Part shown: one piece after another, positions 24,306 through 37,975 of the stretch
How positions within the stretch are numbered: position 1 is the first letter of the stretch
Layout: each line of letters begins with the position of its first letter
Origin: Mobula hypostoma
Lineage: Eukaryota
Length of the DNA: 64,000 nucleotides
Assembly (NCBI RefSeq): GCF_963921235.1
Contig: NC_086097.1
Coordinates: 70,186,001 to 70,250,000 of the forward strand
Direction of reading: 5' to 3'
Translations under genes and position numbers: made by a program
Notes under the pieces: model-generated
What the model was told of the DNA's origin: nothing
The model's database searches: none
The model's input: only the letters and a program-made list of their open reading frames with translations

Positions 24306-25209
24306 AGCATAATTAATTAGAAGACTGTAAATTAACTATACTCAACCTTCTCTATCAGAACCATTCCCCTTCAGTCAAATGATTTGGCTCACAGACAGTG
24401 CAGGTTCATAGGAACCTGTGAAATGGCTGCTGAATTCAACAGGACTGTGCTTTGCAATTAGACCCCATCAGAAATTCAAATCTGGAGCTCAACCGAGAAA
24501 CTGCCAGTAGAACTTAGCCTGTAACATTAGGTCCTGCAGGAATTCCAACTTGCTGACATTTGTCAGTCACAAATGCCAACACTGACTGTGTTAAGTACTG
24601 GAATTTCCCATATAGTACTGGCTAAATGAACATTTTCATTAATCTTTGGATAGTGTGACTAGCTGCTTAGAAGCAGCCATGCAATGATAAAGAGGGGAAC
24701 AAATTTGAAAGAACTTAAAAAGAAACTTAAAAGAACATTAAGTTTGGAAATATTATCATTCCAAATAAAAAAAAATAGATTGTTTTGCTGAATGGTGAGT
24801 TTCTTGCCAGAAAAGAACTCTTGATTTGGATCTTCATCCCTCTTTTGGAATGTGACAAATATGTTCCATAGGAAACAGCAGGGCTGCAACTTCAGAGTGG
24901 CCATGCAAATAATTGAGAGGCATAGAATTCCAGGAAAACATGTTGCAATCTGGTATAAATCATGATCCCATTGTTTCTTTTGGAACAAATAAAATCAATA
25001 AAGATACTGTAGCAAGCTATCATGTCCAGAACATTATGAATTGTTTATTATTATACTACTTTTCCTCTATCTTAAGTACTGAACCATCAAGGCAATCCAA
25101 TTACATTTAGTAATAAATAATCTCCATAATATTTTATAGGCTTGTCTGTAAACACTAATTCTGCAAAATACAGACCTGTGAATCTAATGTTTTTTCAGTC
25201 AATACTCAC

Positions 25210-25283
25210 CTTACTGCAGATGTAAGTTTTGCAGTGTTATCAGAAAGCATGCTAATAGCACCATCGTCCTCTCCCTCTAACCC
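25210..25283 (-). CDS. SCFD1: SCFD1 coding exon (probable exon 13)
   Basis: GLEGEDDGAISMLSDNTAKLTSAV; cag acceptor, gtgag donor; 74 nt. Confidence 0.95.
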
Positions 25284-26042
25284 CTGCGGAGAAAAATTAC
25301 AAATATGATCAGCAATGAACTACAAAGTTACATATTTTGCAGCATAAATTTCAACCATTAAAAAAAGACAGAAGCTCAGGAAATAGTATGTTCAGCCTCC
25401 AATGAAGAACTCTCAAAATGAGCATACTTTTAATAATACTGTAGATTTAAGAATGTAGAGCAAATAGCTGAATTTTCAGCTGATTTTCCAAAGCTAAAGT
25501 AAAACTCAAATATGCTGTTGTTCACCCTCATCTTTTATCTTAAGCATAACATTTTATGTATATAAGACAGTTGTCTCTTGGAATTAACTGACACCTCCTG
25601 CCTCTCAAAAAACTCCAATCTAACTACAATTCTTCTGTATTTGAGGAATTTCCTCTGCTATCTGCACTCTTTGTCAATATATTTTACCTAATCATCTTCC
25701 ACAAACCCATTTGTATTACACTAAGAGGCAGAGTGCAGAATACCCCAATATGCAGAACTGATTTATCACTATTTATTTTAATTTTAGCTTTGTTTTTTTC
25801 CATCATTCCCTCAAGCTCATACATCCTTTGTTCATGATGATAAAGATGTAATATTTAACTGTTCATCCTATTTCTAATACAGTTTTCCTATTATTCTCTA
25901 ATATCAATGGCTGTGTATTTTGAATTTTGGTCTTCTGTTCCTCTATTATAGTTTTGAATGCTGCGTATATACTGAAGTTGTACAGATCATTTCAAATTTT
26001 AATTATTAATTGATCACTTCACTCTATTGTCTCATTGCTTAC

Positions 26043-26133
26043 CATGATACTCTTTAAGTGTTTGACTTCATCCTCTTGTGCTCTGTAAGAATCTAGTTCT
26101 TGTTGGACTGATTCAGCTACTTCTGGAAAGGGA
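26043..26133 (-). CDS. SCFD1: SCFD1 coding exon (probable exon 12)
   Basis: (S)PFPEVAESVQQELDSYRAQEDEVKHLKSIM; tag acceptor, gtaag donor; 91 nt. Confidence 0.95.
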
Positions 26134-26919
26134 CTAAATAAGAAAAGATCAGGGATTCACAGTACAATCATAGTTAAGAATATCTGTTAGATACCCAAGA
26201 TCTCAATTCAATGAAAAGTATCTTGATCAGCAGGCAATTGCACTGCTTCCCAAAATATGAACATACTTGTTTGCTAAAGGGTACAAATATCAAATGTTTT
26301 CCCACAAGGATAGCAAACGCCCAGTTTATTCCTAAATTTATCAAAGATGAGGAACAACGTAGCGAAGACAGTAACTAGGAGGTTGGTGGGGTTCTGAACC
26401 CCCTGCTTGAAATAGTGGTAGTGGTAAGATACACACTATAGATTAAAAGCACTTGATATGCCTTAACCTGCACCATAAACCAAGAGACGTGATGTGGGAT
26501 TAGAACAGACATTAGTCTCTTAGCAAACAAGAATTTCACAGATTGGATCAGCTGCTTGTGTTAATTGACTTTTTCAAAATAAATCAAGAACATAAAGGTG
26601 AAGTTGTGGGTTTCAAACCCCAATGTATCTGTTAATTTCTCCTTAAAGATACGATTACACAAGTAGATTCAGATTAGCTTATTGTCAAATAAGCTGGGGT
26701 GCATGAAGTTTATTGCTCACATGAAGCTTACAATGCAAAGAGTGTACGTGAAAATAATTAATACAACAATAAGTATAGTGCTGAGCACAAAAACAATAGA
26801 AGGCTTATAGTAGTGTAAAGTGAGGTTGAGCCAGAGGAAATACTAAAATTACAAAACGAAATACTAAAGTACTTCTTCATGAAAAAAAAACAAGAAAACA
26901 CAATCCTGAAATGTATTAC

Positions 26920-27059
26920 CTGCCTTTGTGCCTTTGCCAAAAATTATCAGTGGCTGTTAAGTCATAAGTTTTTTTGGTTTTTTTCTTTGGTCTTGCCCCT
27001 GCAGAAGAATTTTCTACTCCTGGAGTCTCTTCCAAGTTTACTCTATTCAGATGAAAGTC
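26920..27059 (-). CDS. SCFD1: SCFD1 coding exon (probable exon 11)
   Basis: DFHLNRVNLEETPGVENSSAGARPKKKTKKTYDLTATDNFWQRHKG; cag acceptor, gtaat donor; 140 nt. Confidence 0.95.
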
Positions 27060-27090
27060 CTGCAAAAAACAAATTTATCTTGATGACATA

Positions 27091-27392
27091 CACTCAGTGG
27101 CCACTTTATTAGCTACACTTGGTCATTAATTCAAATATCTAATCAGCCAATCATGTGAAGACAACTCTATGCATAAAAGCATGAAGGCATGGTCAACAGG
27201 TTCAGTTGTTCACACCAAACATATGAATGGGGAAGAAATGTGATCTAAGTGACTTTAACCATGGAATGAATGTTAATGCCAGATGGGGTGGTTTGAGTTT
27301 CAGAAACTACTGATCTCGTGGGATTTTCATGCCTACGAATGATGTGAAAAACAGGAGGTACAGGAAGTACCTAATAAGGTGGTCATTGAATG
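27091..27392. mobile_element. Tc1-type MITE (same family as 13069, opposite orientation)
   Basis: TA followed by cactcagtggccactttattag; ends gtacctaataaggtggtcattgaatg; interior is the reverse complement of the 13069 copy. Confidence 0.78.
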
Positions 27393-28254
27393 CATCTTCA
27401 TAGTAGTTAGTATTCATTACTGTTATTGAATGAACTAGTATCACTAGCATTCCATTAGGGAAAGTGATTACATGATGGTATTTTATATTAAGAGTAAAAA
27501 TGACATTTTAATTTGAAACCCCGATATTAAATATATACAAAGTACTTATTCGAGTTACTGTGAGGCAAGAAATCAAAAATACTGCAGATGGTAAAGAGTA
27601 AAAACAAAAATGTTTGGTGAGGCTCCAATGAACTATGGCAGATTGGAAAAATATGTTAAGTGGTATGACAGCAGACAGGCAAAGAATTAATACACAGTTT
27701 GCAACAAATACTTATCCCTTTAAAACACAAAAGAAAAAATGAGCCCAAAGTAATTAAGTGACCATAATTTTAGTTAAATGGAAAAGGCTGCTAAATGTCA
27801 CCAAAGAGTAAGGCCGAGAATTTCAAAATTTGGAAATTGTTCCCAAAGTAACACCAAGTAATTAGAAAGTAAGAGAAAAGTAAGAGAAAATAAGAGAAAA
27901 CAAACAGTAAAATCCTTAATACATGTACATACAAGGAACATTAGCAAAAATTAATACGAATGTTTACAGAGTAAGTAAATTTATAATCAAGGAATAAAGA
28001 GACTGTACAGAAATGAGAACAGATGTGAAAAAATTACAGGTCCAGAGAGAATAAGGATATGAAATCAACAGAGTAATAAAAAATTGGAAAAGAAAATCAG
28101 CAAAATTGAAACTGTAAATTTTTAGGACCTTATGATCTGTACCCCACCACATAAAATACGTTTCCAGGATTCCAAAACTGTTTCCACAGGAAGATAGTAA
28201 ATGTTATAGGAGGATGAAAATAAAAAGTGAACTGCACACCATTTTGTCTTACGG

Positions 28255-28545
28255 AGTTATAGAGTCATAGAAAAGTACAGCACAGAAACAGGCCCTTCAG
28301 CCCAACTAGTCCATGCTGAGCCATTCAAACTGCCTACTCCCATCGGCTTGCACCGGGACCATAGCCCTCCATACCCCTATCATCCACATACCTATCCAAG
28401 CTTCTCTTAAATGTTGAAATCAAGTTTGCATGAACCATTTGCGCTGGTGACTTGTTCCACACTCTCACGGCCCACTGAGTGAAAAAGTTTCCCCTCATGT
28501 TCCCCTTCAACTTTTCACATTTTACTCTCAACCCATGACCTCTAG
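28255..28545 (-). mobile_element. CR1 3' end
   Basis: SRGHGLRV...GNFFTQWAVRVWN...FKRSLDRY (ORF 28334..28570); ctatgactctat tail. Confidence 0.85.
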
Positions 28546-30332
28546 AGGTTGGGAAAATATTACAACTCATTACTAACAGTGCTTACGTCCCAAAGAGGAA
28601 GAAATATTCTAAAGGAAAGATGTCACAACCATGGCTAACAAGAGAAGTCAAAGCCAACATAAAAAAATCAAAGAGTTGGCATATAATAGAGCAAAAAATA
28701 GAGGGAAGTTAGAGGATGGGGAAGCTTTTAAAAACCAACAGAAGGCAACTAAAAGATTATTAAGGTAAAGATGGAACAGGAAAGTAAGCTAGCCAATACT
28801 ATTAAAGAGGATACCAAAAGTTTCTTCAGATACAAAAAGTGTAAAAGAGAGGCAGAGTGGATATCAGACCACTGGAAAACAATGTTGGAGTGGTAGTAAT
28901 AGAGGTCAGCAAAATGGCGGATGAATTGAATAAATATTTTGCATCAGTTTTCACTGTGGAAGACACTAGCAGTATGATGAGAGCTCCAGGTGTCAGGGGG
29001 CATGAAGTGAGTGAAGTTACCAAAACTAGATAGAAGGTTCTTTGGAAAATGAAAGGTCTAAAGGTAGACAAGTCACCTGGACCAGATGGCGTATACCCCA
29101 CAGTCTGGAAGAGGTGGCTAGAGATTGTGGATGCAGTAGAGATGATCTTTCAAGAATCACAAGATTCTGAAATGGTTCTAGAAGACTGAAAAATTACAAA
29201 TGTCAGTCCACTCTTCAAGAAGGGAGATTATTAAGGATAAATTCTCAGGGTACTTACAGGCACATGATAAAATAGGCTGTAGTCAGCATGGTTTCCTCAA
29301 GGGAAAATCTTACCTAACAAATCTGTTGGAAGTCTGAAGAAATAACAAGCAGGATAGACTAAGGAGAATCGCTTGATATTGTGTACTTGAATTTTCAGAA
29401 GGCCTTGGGTAAGGTGCCACACATGAGGCTGCTTAACAAGCTTCGAGCCCATGGTATTACCAGATTCTAGCATTGTTTAAACAGTGGATGATTGGCAGCA
29501 AAGAGTGGGAATGGAAGGAGCCTTTTCTGGCTGGCTGCCAGTGATTAGTGGTGTTGCACAGGGGTCTGTGGTGGGATCGATTGTTTTAACGTTATATGCC
29601 AATGATTTGGATGATGGAATTGATGGCTTTGAGGCAAAGTTTGCAGACAATTTGAAGGTGGAGGGGCAGGTTTAGATATTATTAGACAGATTAGGAGAAT
29701 GGGTGAAGAAGAAGTGGCAGATGGAATACAGTGTTGGGAAGTGTATGGTCATGCACTTTGGTAGAATAAATGCAAGTGTTGAAAATTTTCTAATTGTAGA
29801 GAAAACACAAAAAAACTAAGATGCAAAGGGACTTGGGAGTCGTTGTGCAGGACTCCCTAAAGGTTAGTTTGCAGGTTGAGTCTGTGGTGAGGAAGGCAAA
29901 TGCAATGTTAGCATTCATTTCAAGAGGACTAAAATATAAAAGCAAGGATATAATGTTGAAACTTTATAAAGCACTGGTGAGGCCTCAGTGTATTACGAGC
30001 AGGTTTGGGCCCTTTATCTCAGAAAGGATGTGCTGAAACTGGACAGGGTTCAAAGGAGATTCACAAAAATGATTCCAGGATTGAAAAGCTTATCATATGA
30101 CAAGTATTTGATAGCTCTGGGCCAGTATTCACTGGAATTCAGAAGAATGAGAGGTGACCTCATTGAAACCAATTGAATATTGAAAGGCTTTGATAAGAGT
30201 GGATGTGGACAGGATGTTTCCTCTGGTGGACAGTCTAAGACCAGAGGACTCAGCCTCAGAATAGAGGGGCATTCTTTTAGAATGGAGATAAAGAGGAATT
30301 TTTTTGGCTAGAGAGTGGTGAATCTGTGGAAT
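28546..30332 (+). mobile_element. CR1 ORF2 fragment, decayed
   Basis: LNKYFASVFT, KSPGPDG, SGVAQGSV, KFADN, QRDLGV, LYKALVRP motifs across frameshifts. Confidence 0.9.
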
Positions 30333-33026
30333 TGAGCATGGATTTATAAAAAGGAAATGTTTGATGAATCACTTCAGTTATTTGAAATTGTAACTAAAAC
30401 ATATAGGGGGAACTATGGATACACTGTATTTGACTTTCAAAGACCTTTGATAAGGTGCAATTAAATAAAATTAGTACGTATAAGTTTGTGGTCATATACA
30501 GGCAAAGGGAAAGGATTAGCATATGACAGGTAATAGAATAAGAATACACCAGTTATTTTCAGGTTGAATAGCTGAAAGAGATGGGGTTCAGCAGGGATCA
30601 GTGCCAGGGCCCAACTGTTAATAATCAGTTTACTGATGTGAATACGGCGGCCAAATGTAATAAATCCAAACTTGTCGATGAAACACAGCAAGATCTACAA
30701 ATGTTCATACATTTGGATATTAAGAAAATCAAAAGTTATAAGTTGTGAGAAAAGTACTGGAAATACTCAGCAGGCTAGGCAGCATTTATGAAGAATTAAC
30801 ACTTCAGGCCAATGATTCTTCACCAAAGCTGAGAATATGAGAAACAGATGTGTTTTAAGTTACAGAAAGAACAAAGAGAATGTCCATAATAGGGAAGAGA
30901 ACAAGATTAACTAGGTGATACAATAAAAGTTCAAAGTAAAATGATCAAAGTGCATATACAACTTGAGATTCATTTTCTTATGGGCATACTCAGTAAATCC
31001 ATAGTAATAACAACCGTAACAGAATTAATGACAGACTGTACCAACTTGGTCGTTCAACTGGTGTGCAAAAGAAAACAAACTGTGCAAATACAAAAAGAAA
31101 GAAATAATAATAATAAATAAATAAGCAACACTGAGAACATGAGATGAAGAGTCCCTGAAATGTTATTTAGTATACAAATGAGGGGAGATCATGAGAACAG
31201 AAGACAAATTGCTGGAACAATGAGACGCAGAATAAAGCTGTTGCCAGAAATCTGAAAAAATATCTTTCAATACCTAGCAGTCAGGCGGCTTATGGGGACA
31301 GAGAAAATGAATTAAAGTTGCAGAGACATGATCTTATACCTGAACCATCAGTGCCAGTATATCTGAAAATGCTGAATTTAGTATCAACCGCAGGGCTGTT
31401 CAATGCTGAGATGGAAGATGAAAACTCTTTGAGTTTTGTTGGAAAGCTGAAGAAAGGAATCAAAGTGGAAATGGAGTGGACAATAAAAATGAATGTCAAC
31501 TAGAAGCTCGGGGTCAATCTTGCATTGCTATTGTAGATATGGGTTCCATAGTAACCATGCTGAAGTAAAAGATCGGCCATGACCATGAACTTATTAATCA
31601 GTGGAGAAGGATGAGGGACCTCATGACCTACTCCTGCTTTCTTTTTCATGTTCTTATCCTTTAAATCCACTAATGTGATTCAGTACATTTTATTTGAAAA
31701 AGGATCTAGTGTTCTAGTTATGTGTACATTTTATTTGTAATAAAATTTGGAAAAGTCAAGTACTTAATGTGTAAATAGGCAAGCAAAATTTGAAATTACA
31801 TTTGGGAACTTTAAAGAAGAGGTTCAGATTTTGCTTCGTGACTAAATACTCTGCAGCCTTTTTTAATCCTGCACATACCAAGCAGTGATGCAAACAGTCA
31901 TGATGCTCTCCACTTACATCTATATAAATTTGCTAGTCTTTGTGCAATTCATGAGGGAAACAGGATAGCACAATTCTAGAAATGCTTTCTATTGAAATTG
32001 GTTTATTGCAGAACAGACAGCTTGGAGGAGAAATCTATTACTTGCCACAAAAAAAACATGATTCATAAGAATCCATCTTTTCAGATTTGTCTTAACAGCT
32101 CTAATGAAGTCAGTTGCAAGAATACAGAATTCTCACAGAACAGAGGAACTCCAACCACTATGGACAGATCAGGCATGTGAACTTGGATAGGATGGCAAAG
32201 CCTGCAAGACACATTTTTATTGCTGCCACTGTCACTTGACAAAGTAGCCCATGAAATGCCATGTAACTTAGTGGAGAAAAACAGCTAAAAGATTTGCATC
32301 ATCTATGAATTAGAACTGAAATCCAGTTCAAACCAATGATGCCAAAAATGAGTTATTCTGGTAAAATTTTGTAAGCTTATGTCTGCAAAATTTGTCTTCA
32401 ATTTCTAATGAAGAACTATATCATAAATTGAAAAACTTGACATACTATAAACATATGGCTAATGAAAAGGAATAATTTTGTGCATTTTGTAGCAGATAAT
32501 GCCTGGAAGAGATCACTTATTTTTTTATTTGAACTAATCAGTCGAGAGTCTAAATCAACTGCATTGGGATATAAACTGTATACAGCTGCTGAATCAAATT
32601 CCTTTCCTGTGGCAAAACTATATGCCAATAAATTGAAGACCTGGTGCAAAATTCCTTACAGCTCCATTGAAAAGCTTCCTATTCTCTTGCTATGTGTGTG
32701 CATTGCTACTTTAAACTGATTAGTAGTTAGTGCTGAACGTAGGGAAGTACTTTGCTGTGATTTTGCATGCAACAGACAGTTTGACAGCAGTTAGCACCAT
32801 TTGTTTAATCAAAAGACAGAGGTTTCATCCCATAAGTTTGAGTTGGATTTGAGTTTCAATTACTTAGAACTTAAATATTTAGTCTGAACTTAAAAAAAAG
32901 TACATAGTAATCGTTGAATACATAAAACACAGAACAGGAGAGATCAACAGATTCTTGCAGAGTATTGCTCATTAGTCCAAGTCTTAGAAGTCCCTTAGTG
33001 AAGCTGTGTGAACTTCAGTAACAGTA

Positions 33027-33190
33027 GAGATTCTGCAGATGCTGGAAATCCAGAACAAAACACTCAAAATGCAGGAGGAGCTCAGCAGATCAGGCAGCAT
33101 CTATGAAAGGAATAAACAGTTGATGCTTCAAGCCAAAACCCTGATGTTGCCTGACCTGCTCAGTTCCTGAAGCATTTCTTGTGTGTTGCT
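33027..33190. mobile_element. Older Penelope-like terminal-repeat relic with inverted arms
   Basis: ctgcagatgctggaaatcc...ctcagcagatcaggcagcatc followed by its approximate complement gatgttgcctgacctgctcag; a similar relic lies at ~33605-33760. Confidence 0.6.
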
Positions 33191-35019
33191 GTTCATTTTC
33201 ACTATCAACTAACTTCAGGTTTTTCAGACCAAAATTGCTAGCCTGAGGCAAACCTCTTTTGCTGCTGGGTAAAATCACATCAGTCCAATTCTTTGCACTC
33301 ATATGAATCAGAGGTCAAAAATCCATGTTATATCATGGGAAGATGTGATAAAATGTTTAATAAATAAGGTAATGCGATATAGTACCAGAAAATGTAATGT
33401 TTTTTATGTCAATGAACTTTCTGAAGTGGCATCAAGGAGTTGCAAAAGCAATTGCAGGAGGTCCTACATTACCTTTACAAAGCAACTTGGGCTTAAGAGG
33501 AAATGCACCTTTGCAATGCTATCTGGATGTTGCAAAGAAATGGTGCAGTAGTCAACAACCAATCTGGACAACTAGTCTATCGTAGATTAGAGCCAAGCCT
33601 AGATGAAACAATCTGCAGAAGCACCTCAGAAGGCTGAGCTGCATCTTTGGAAGGAAAGGAAATGCAAACATTTTATATTCAAAACCCTGCACTTCACTGA
33701 GTTCCTCCAGAAGATTGTTTGCTGCTTTAGGTTCCAGCATCTGCAGTATCTTGTGTCTCCTAGAGGGAGTTAGTTAGTCTAAACCAGTGCAAGTCATCTC
33801 CTTAAACAAACTACCTGCAATATGTGGCTTAGCAATGTAGCACAACCTTTAAAACAGACACATATATGAACTGAGTTTTGAAGTTACAACTCTTCATCAA
33901 TGTGGCTCACAAATGAGAAGGCAAGTAATGCTGAAGCTGAGCAATCCACATAGTTTTTAAAAGGGTGAAATTCTAATTGGATTAACAGAATGAAAAAGGT
34001 GTCTTTATTCTGTGTGCACCCAAGAACAACTTCTAAGGTAGCAAAGCCACGCACTTTGGCACAGAGCTCTTCACAGACAACAGAATAAGAATATCAGTTG
34101 GCAACATTAATAGAGCTACTCTTAACTTGCAAAATCAAATTCAAAATTATATAAATTTATTTCGAGAATGCAGTCACATTTTTTAATTCAAATACTCAAG
34201 TGACAAATGCCAATGTTCAGTTCAGTGGGAACTATCAATTAATCTACAGCATTGAATAACACACGATTTATGTTTACTAGCTGTAAAAGAAAGCGCAAGT
34301 TGATTTTGGAAAATTAAATGCTTGAAATGCAATGCCCTCAAAAGGGAAAATATTATTAATGTTGGCTAGGTAAATGCATTTAAAATCTTATGTATCCTAT
34401 AGCTAATGCCTATCGTTTTTCTTCTTAATACTTCAATACTTCCAATCACAGATTTCATCGTTATTTCATTCAAAATAAAGTTCTGGAATAGTTAAGAGTG
34501 TAAATATAACTAGGCAGAAGCAGACAAAGAATACATAGCCATGAAATTCAGAGATGCCTAATGGGAATCATTAGTTAAGTTGTAATGACAGCCTCTATAC
34601 CTTCTTACATTGGTTAGCCATTTGTACAAGTTTCTGACTACGTATGTGGCAAAATCTGTATCTATAGATTCTCTTTCATGTAGATCCCAAAACACTTCCC
34701 AGCCAATGAGTTAACTGTCAATTTCATTCAACTGGAAAATGTTACCCAATCTTTGCAAAATAATATCCCAGAATCAACTGTAACAGAAAAAAAATTGGAC
34801 AGGTGAAGCCAATGGCATTGATTGAGGGATAAATATTGAGCAGAACACCATGGGAGCTCCTGTAATCTTGCTTGAAAAGTGCAGAAGGATATTACATCCA
34901 TCAAAATGACAAACTTAGTTAATATCTTATTTAAAAGATTATCACCCATAATGCAACATTATCTAAGCAAATTTAAAGTGCCAGGTTAGATAATGTGTTG
35001 GAGGTTAAGTAGAATAGAT

Positions 35020-35150
35020 AAACAAGAGAAAATCTGCAGATGCTGGAAATCCAAGCAAGACAGACAAAATACTGGAGGAACTCAGGAGGCCAGGCAGCAT
35101 CTATGGAAGAGAGTATAGTCAACGTACCAGACCAAGATTCTTCACCAGGA
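35020..35150 (-). mobile_element. Older Penelope-like terminal-repeat copy with decayed hammerhead
   Basis: Diverged reverse complement of 13772-13900; the core reads cuggugaa and the GAAAC segment is eroded. Confidence 0.7.
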
Positions 35151-35914
35151 ATAGATAACTCACATTTCAAAATTTCTGAGCATTTATGGAATGCTAGGGA
35201 AGTAGTATCTACAGTGCAATAGGCAGAAATGTTGATTATTTACTGAAATCATAAACAGCCACAACCAAAACAACTTTTATTAATTAGAGTCACAGAATGG
35301 CTAAAAGACCCTTGCACCATACTAGGGTTTTGTTTCCTAACCATACAGATGTTACTGTTCATGAGGCAATAAATAATATGTTTGAGGAATGTATGAAAGG
35401 AATGCCATATTTCATAATTGCAAGGAAAATAGTAATATTTATGTGCCCTGATTAAGACCTGCAATTTTATTTATATGACCATTAACTTTCTGCACCAAAA
35501 GAAGCAATTCATTGTTCTTACTAAAGAATAATGTTTATTTTTCTTACTCAACACCTGTGGAAACATTAATTAATCTACATAATCTTATAATGTCAAAAAT
35601 AACCCCATAACTATATTGTATAGATGTTGCTAATAAATGCATATTGAATGATAGCCATCTTAACAAAACAGATAAACAAGATTCCTCAGGATGTCACAAA
35701 GTATTTTATAGGGAATGAATCATTTTCTGGAGCACGTGCCTTTGTTACACAGAATAACGTAAAACAAAATTCACATGCTAATGGTGGAGATACGAAAAAA
35801 TGTTTAATTTTGTAAATAGATTGGTAAAAGGAAAAGTCTGAACTCTCTAAGGTAACAAACACTCTTATGTTTCAAGCTTTTCATTGTCCAAAGACTTGTT
35901 TAATTCTGTTACTA

Positions 35915-37975
35915 AGTCTCCAGAAAAAAGCAGAAGAATAAAAGAATATACACATGGTACAAAAAGGACAAAAAAAGCTGACTACTTAAGCTCAAGAGTC
36001 CATCACTGACAGCTATGGTACAGTTAGAATGAAGTAATGATAAAATAAGGTAGCAAGTTCTTACTAAGCTGAAAAACCTACTAAAGGAACGGAAGAATAT
36101 CAACCATCGATGGTGTGACAAAAGACCAAGTTATCAGAAGATTGATGCCGATAAGGAAGATAAGAGAGAGACAATGGGGAAACATTTAAAATGCTAATAT
36201 GGGAGACGAGAGAGATTAACGAAAAGAGACACAGTTCCGAGTATTGTCAGACCGGTTGCTTTGAACCTGAACTGTTTGAAGTTTGATGGACAGGCAATAC
36301 CCCAGCAGGGGGATAAAAGGAACAGGTTCGCTAAGGCAAGACACACCACGACACCACGAGGTAATGAGGTAATGAGACCCTGGAAGTGCGGTGCCCCCCC
36401 CCCCCCAAGTTGGTGTGAGTTTTGGAGGTCTGGTCGCGGGACTGCCCGTAGACGCACAGGGTGAAAAGGTACGATCAGCGGGAACCTGGTGTGTGTGCCC
36501 GCCCTTGCCTGGGTGCCTGGTTCACCGCAGAAGAACGATCGTATCCGGAACAGAGGGGTACAGTTGGTGACCTCAGAAGACATTACAAAGGGCTCGCCCG
36601 AAAGCTAACTGCGAGGAATATCAAAGGTCTGTTTGAATCCGATTTGAATATCATCATTCGCTCTCTCTCTCTCTCCCAAACGGCACAACAGCGATTACTG
36701 CGAACTGAACTAAACTGAACTGAACTCTGCGTCACTTGAGACTAATCATTTTACCCCTAGACTGCGATAGAGCTTGATTGATCCTATTATCCTAGCTCTG
36801 TGTACATGTGTGTTTTATCATTGCTAACGTGTTGCATTTATATCCTTACTATTAGAGTACTGTGTTACTTATTTCTTTAATAAAACTTTCTTAGTTCCAG
36901 TAATCCAGACTCCAACTAAGTGGTCCATTTCTGCTGGTTTGGCAACCCAGTTACGGGGTACGTAACAATGGAAAAAGCACTTTCAAGAACTGCTTAACCC
37001 TGTTAGCACTGCTGAAAAATTACGTGAACAAAGGCAACCCTTGCACTTTTCATCAAATCTATGAAGGCTTTCACAGATTTGACAAAGGCATTTGATACAG
37101 CAGACTGCCAACCTATCTGGCATATACTATCAAGACATGGCTGTCCTGACAAGTACTTAGGAATACTGAGGCTAGTGCATGATGGCATGTCAGCCACAGT
37201 ACTCAGTAATAGTGGTGTTGAATCAGAACCCTTCATTGTTGACAGAAGTCAAATAGGGCTGTATCATTGTGTCCATCATACTTGCCATCTTTATTGCTGC
37301 CATCCTTGACCTTACTGAAACAAGGAAAGTTGGATGGAGAGAGAGAGAGAACAGAAAACAGAAAACAAAAATATGGGTACACATTGAGCAAGCACATAGC
37401 ACAACCAAAGGACCTTACAAAAGATGTCGAGGACAAGCTGGAAGGACAGACTCACTAACACCAGGGTACTGGAGAAGGATGACATGAACAGCATCTCTAC
37501 CATAATAAAGCAACACCAACTTCACTGAATAGGTCATGTCATTCAAATGCCTAAATCACATCTCCACAGACAGATCCATTACTCCCAGTTGAAGGACGAT
37601 CAATGAGCCCCTGGTGGGCAAGAGTAACACTTCAAAGATATCATCAAAATCAGCCTGAAGAAATTTAACATCAGTGTAAAAACTGGGAAGACATTGTACT
37701 CTCAGTAGATTCACCTGGAGGAAATTTGTTCAAGAGGGAGCTGCGCTACATAAATGCAACCTCCGCTGTGCCACAGAGAACACGTGGCAGCAGCAAAAGG
37801 AGAGAATGAATGACTAAAAGATCCAACCACTAAACCCAGCCACGAACTACTCAACGTCCTCATTGCATCAGAATATGTGGATCTCAGATCGGCCTCTACA
37901 GACACCTGAGAACCCACTAATAGCCAACCCCTTAGGAGAACATCTGACTTGATCCGAGTGATTGCAGTACACTAC
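35915..37975 (+). mobile_element. RTE (BovB-like) LINE remnants interrupted by a solo LTR
   Basis: RWKKHFQELLN read across the LTR junction; AFTDLTKAFDT, HGCPDKY...HDGMSATV. Confidence 0.7.
36114..36967 (+). mobile_element. Solo LTR (854 bp, Gypsy- or ERV1-type)
   Basis: TGTGAC...GTAACA termini, 4-bp TSD atgg on both sides, AATAAA near 36879, CpG-rich relative to flanks. Confidence 0.88.
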
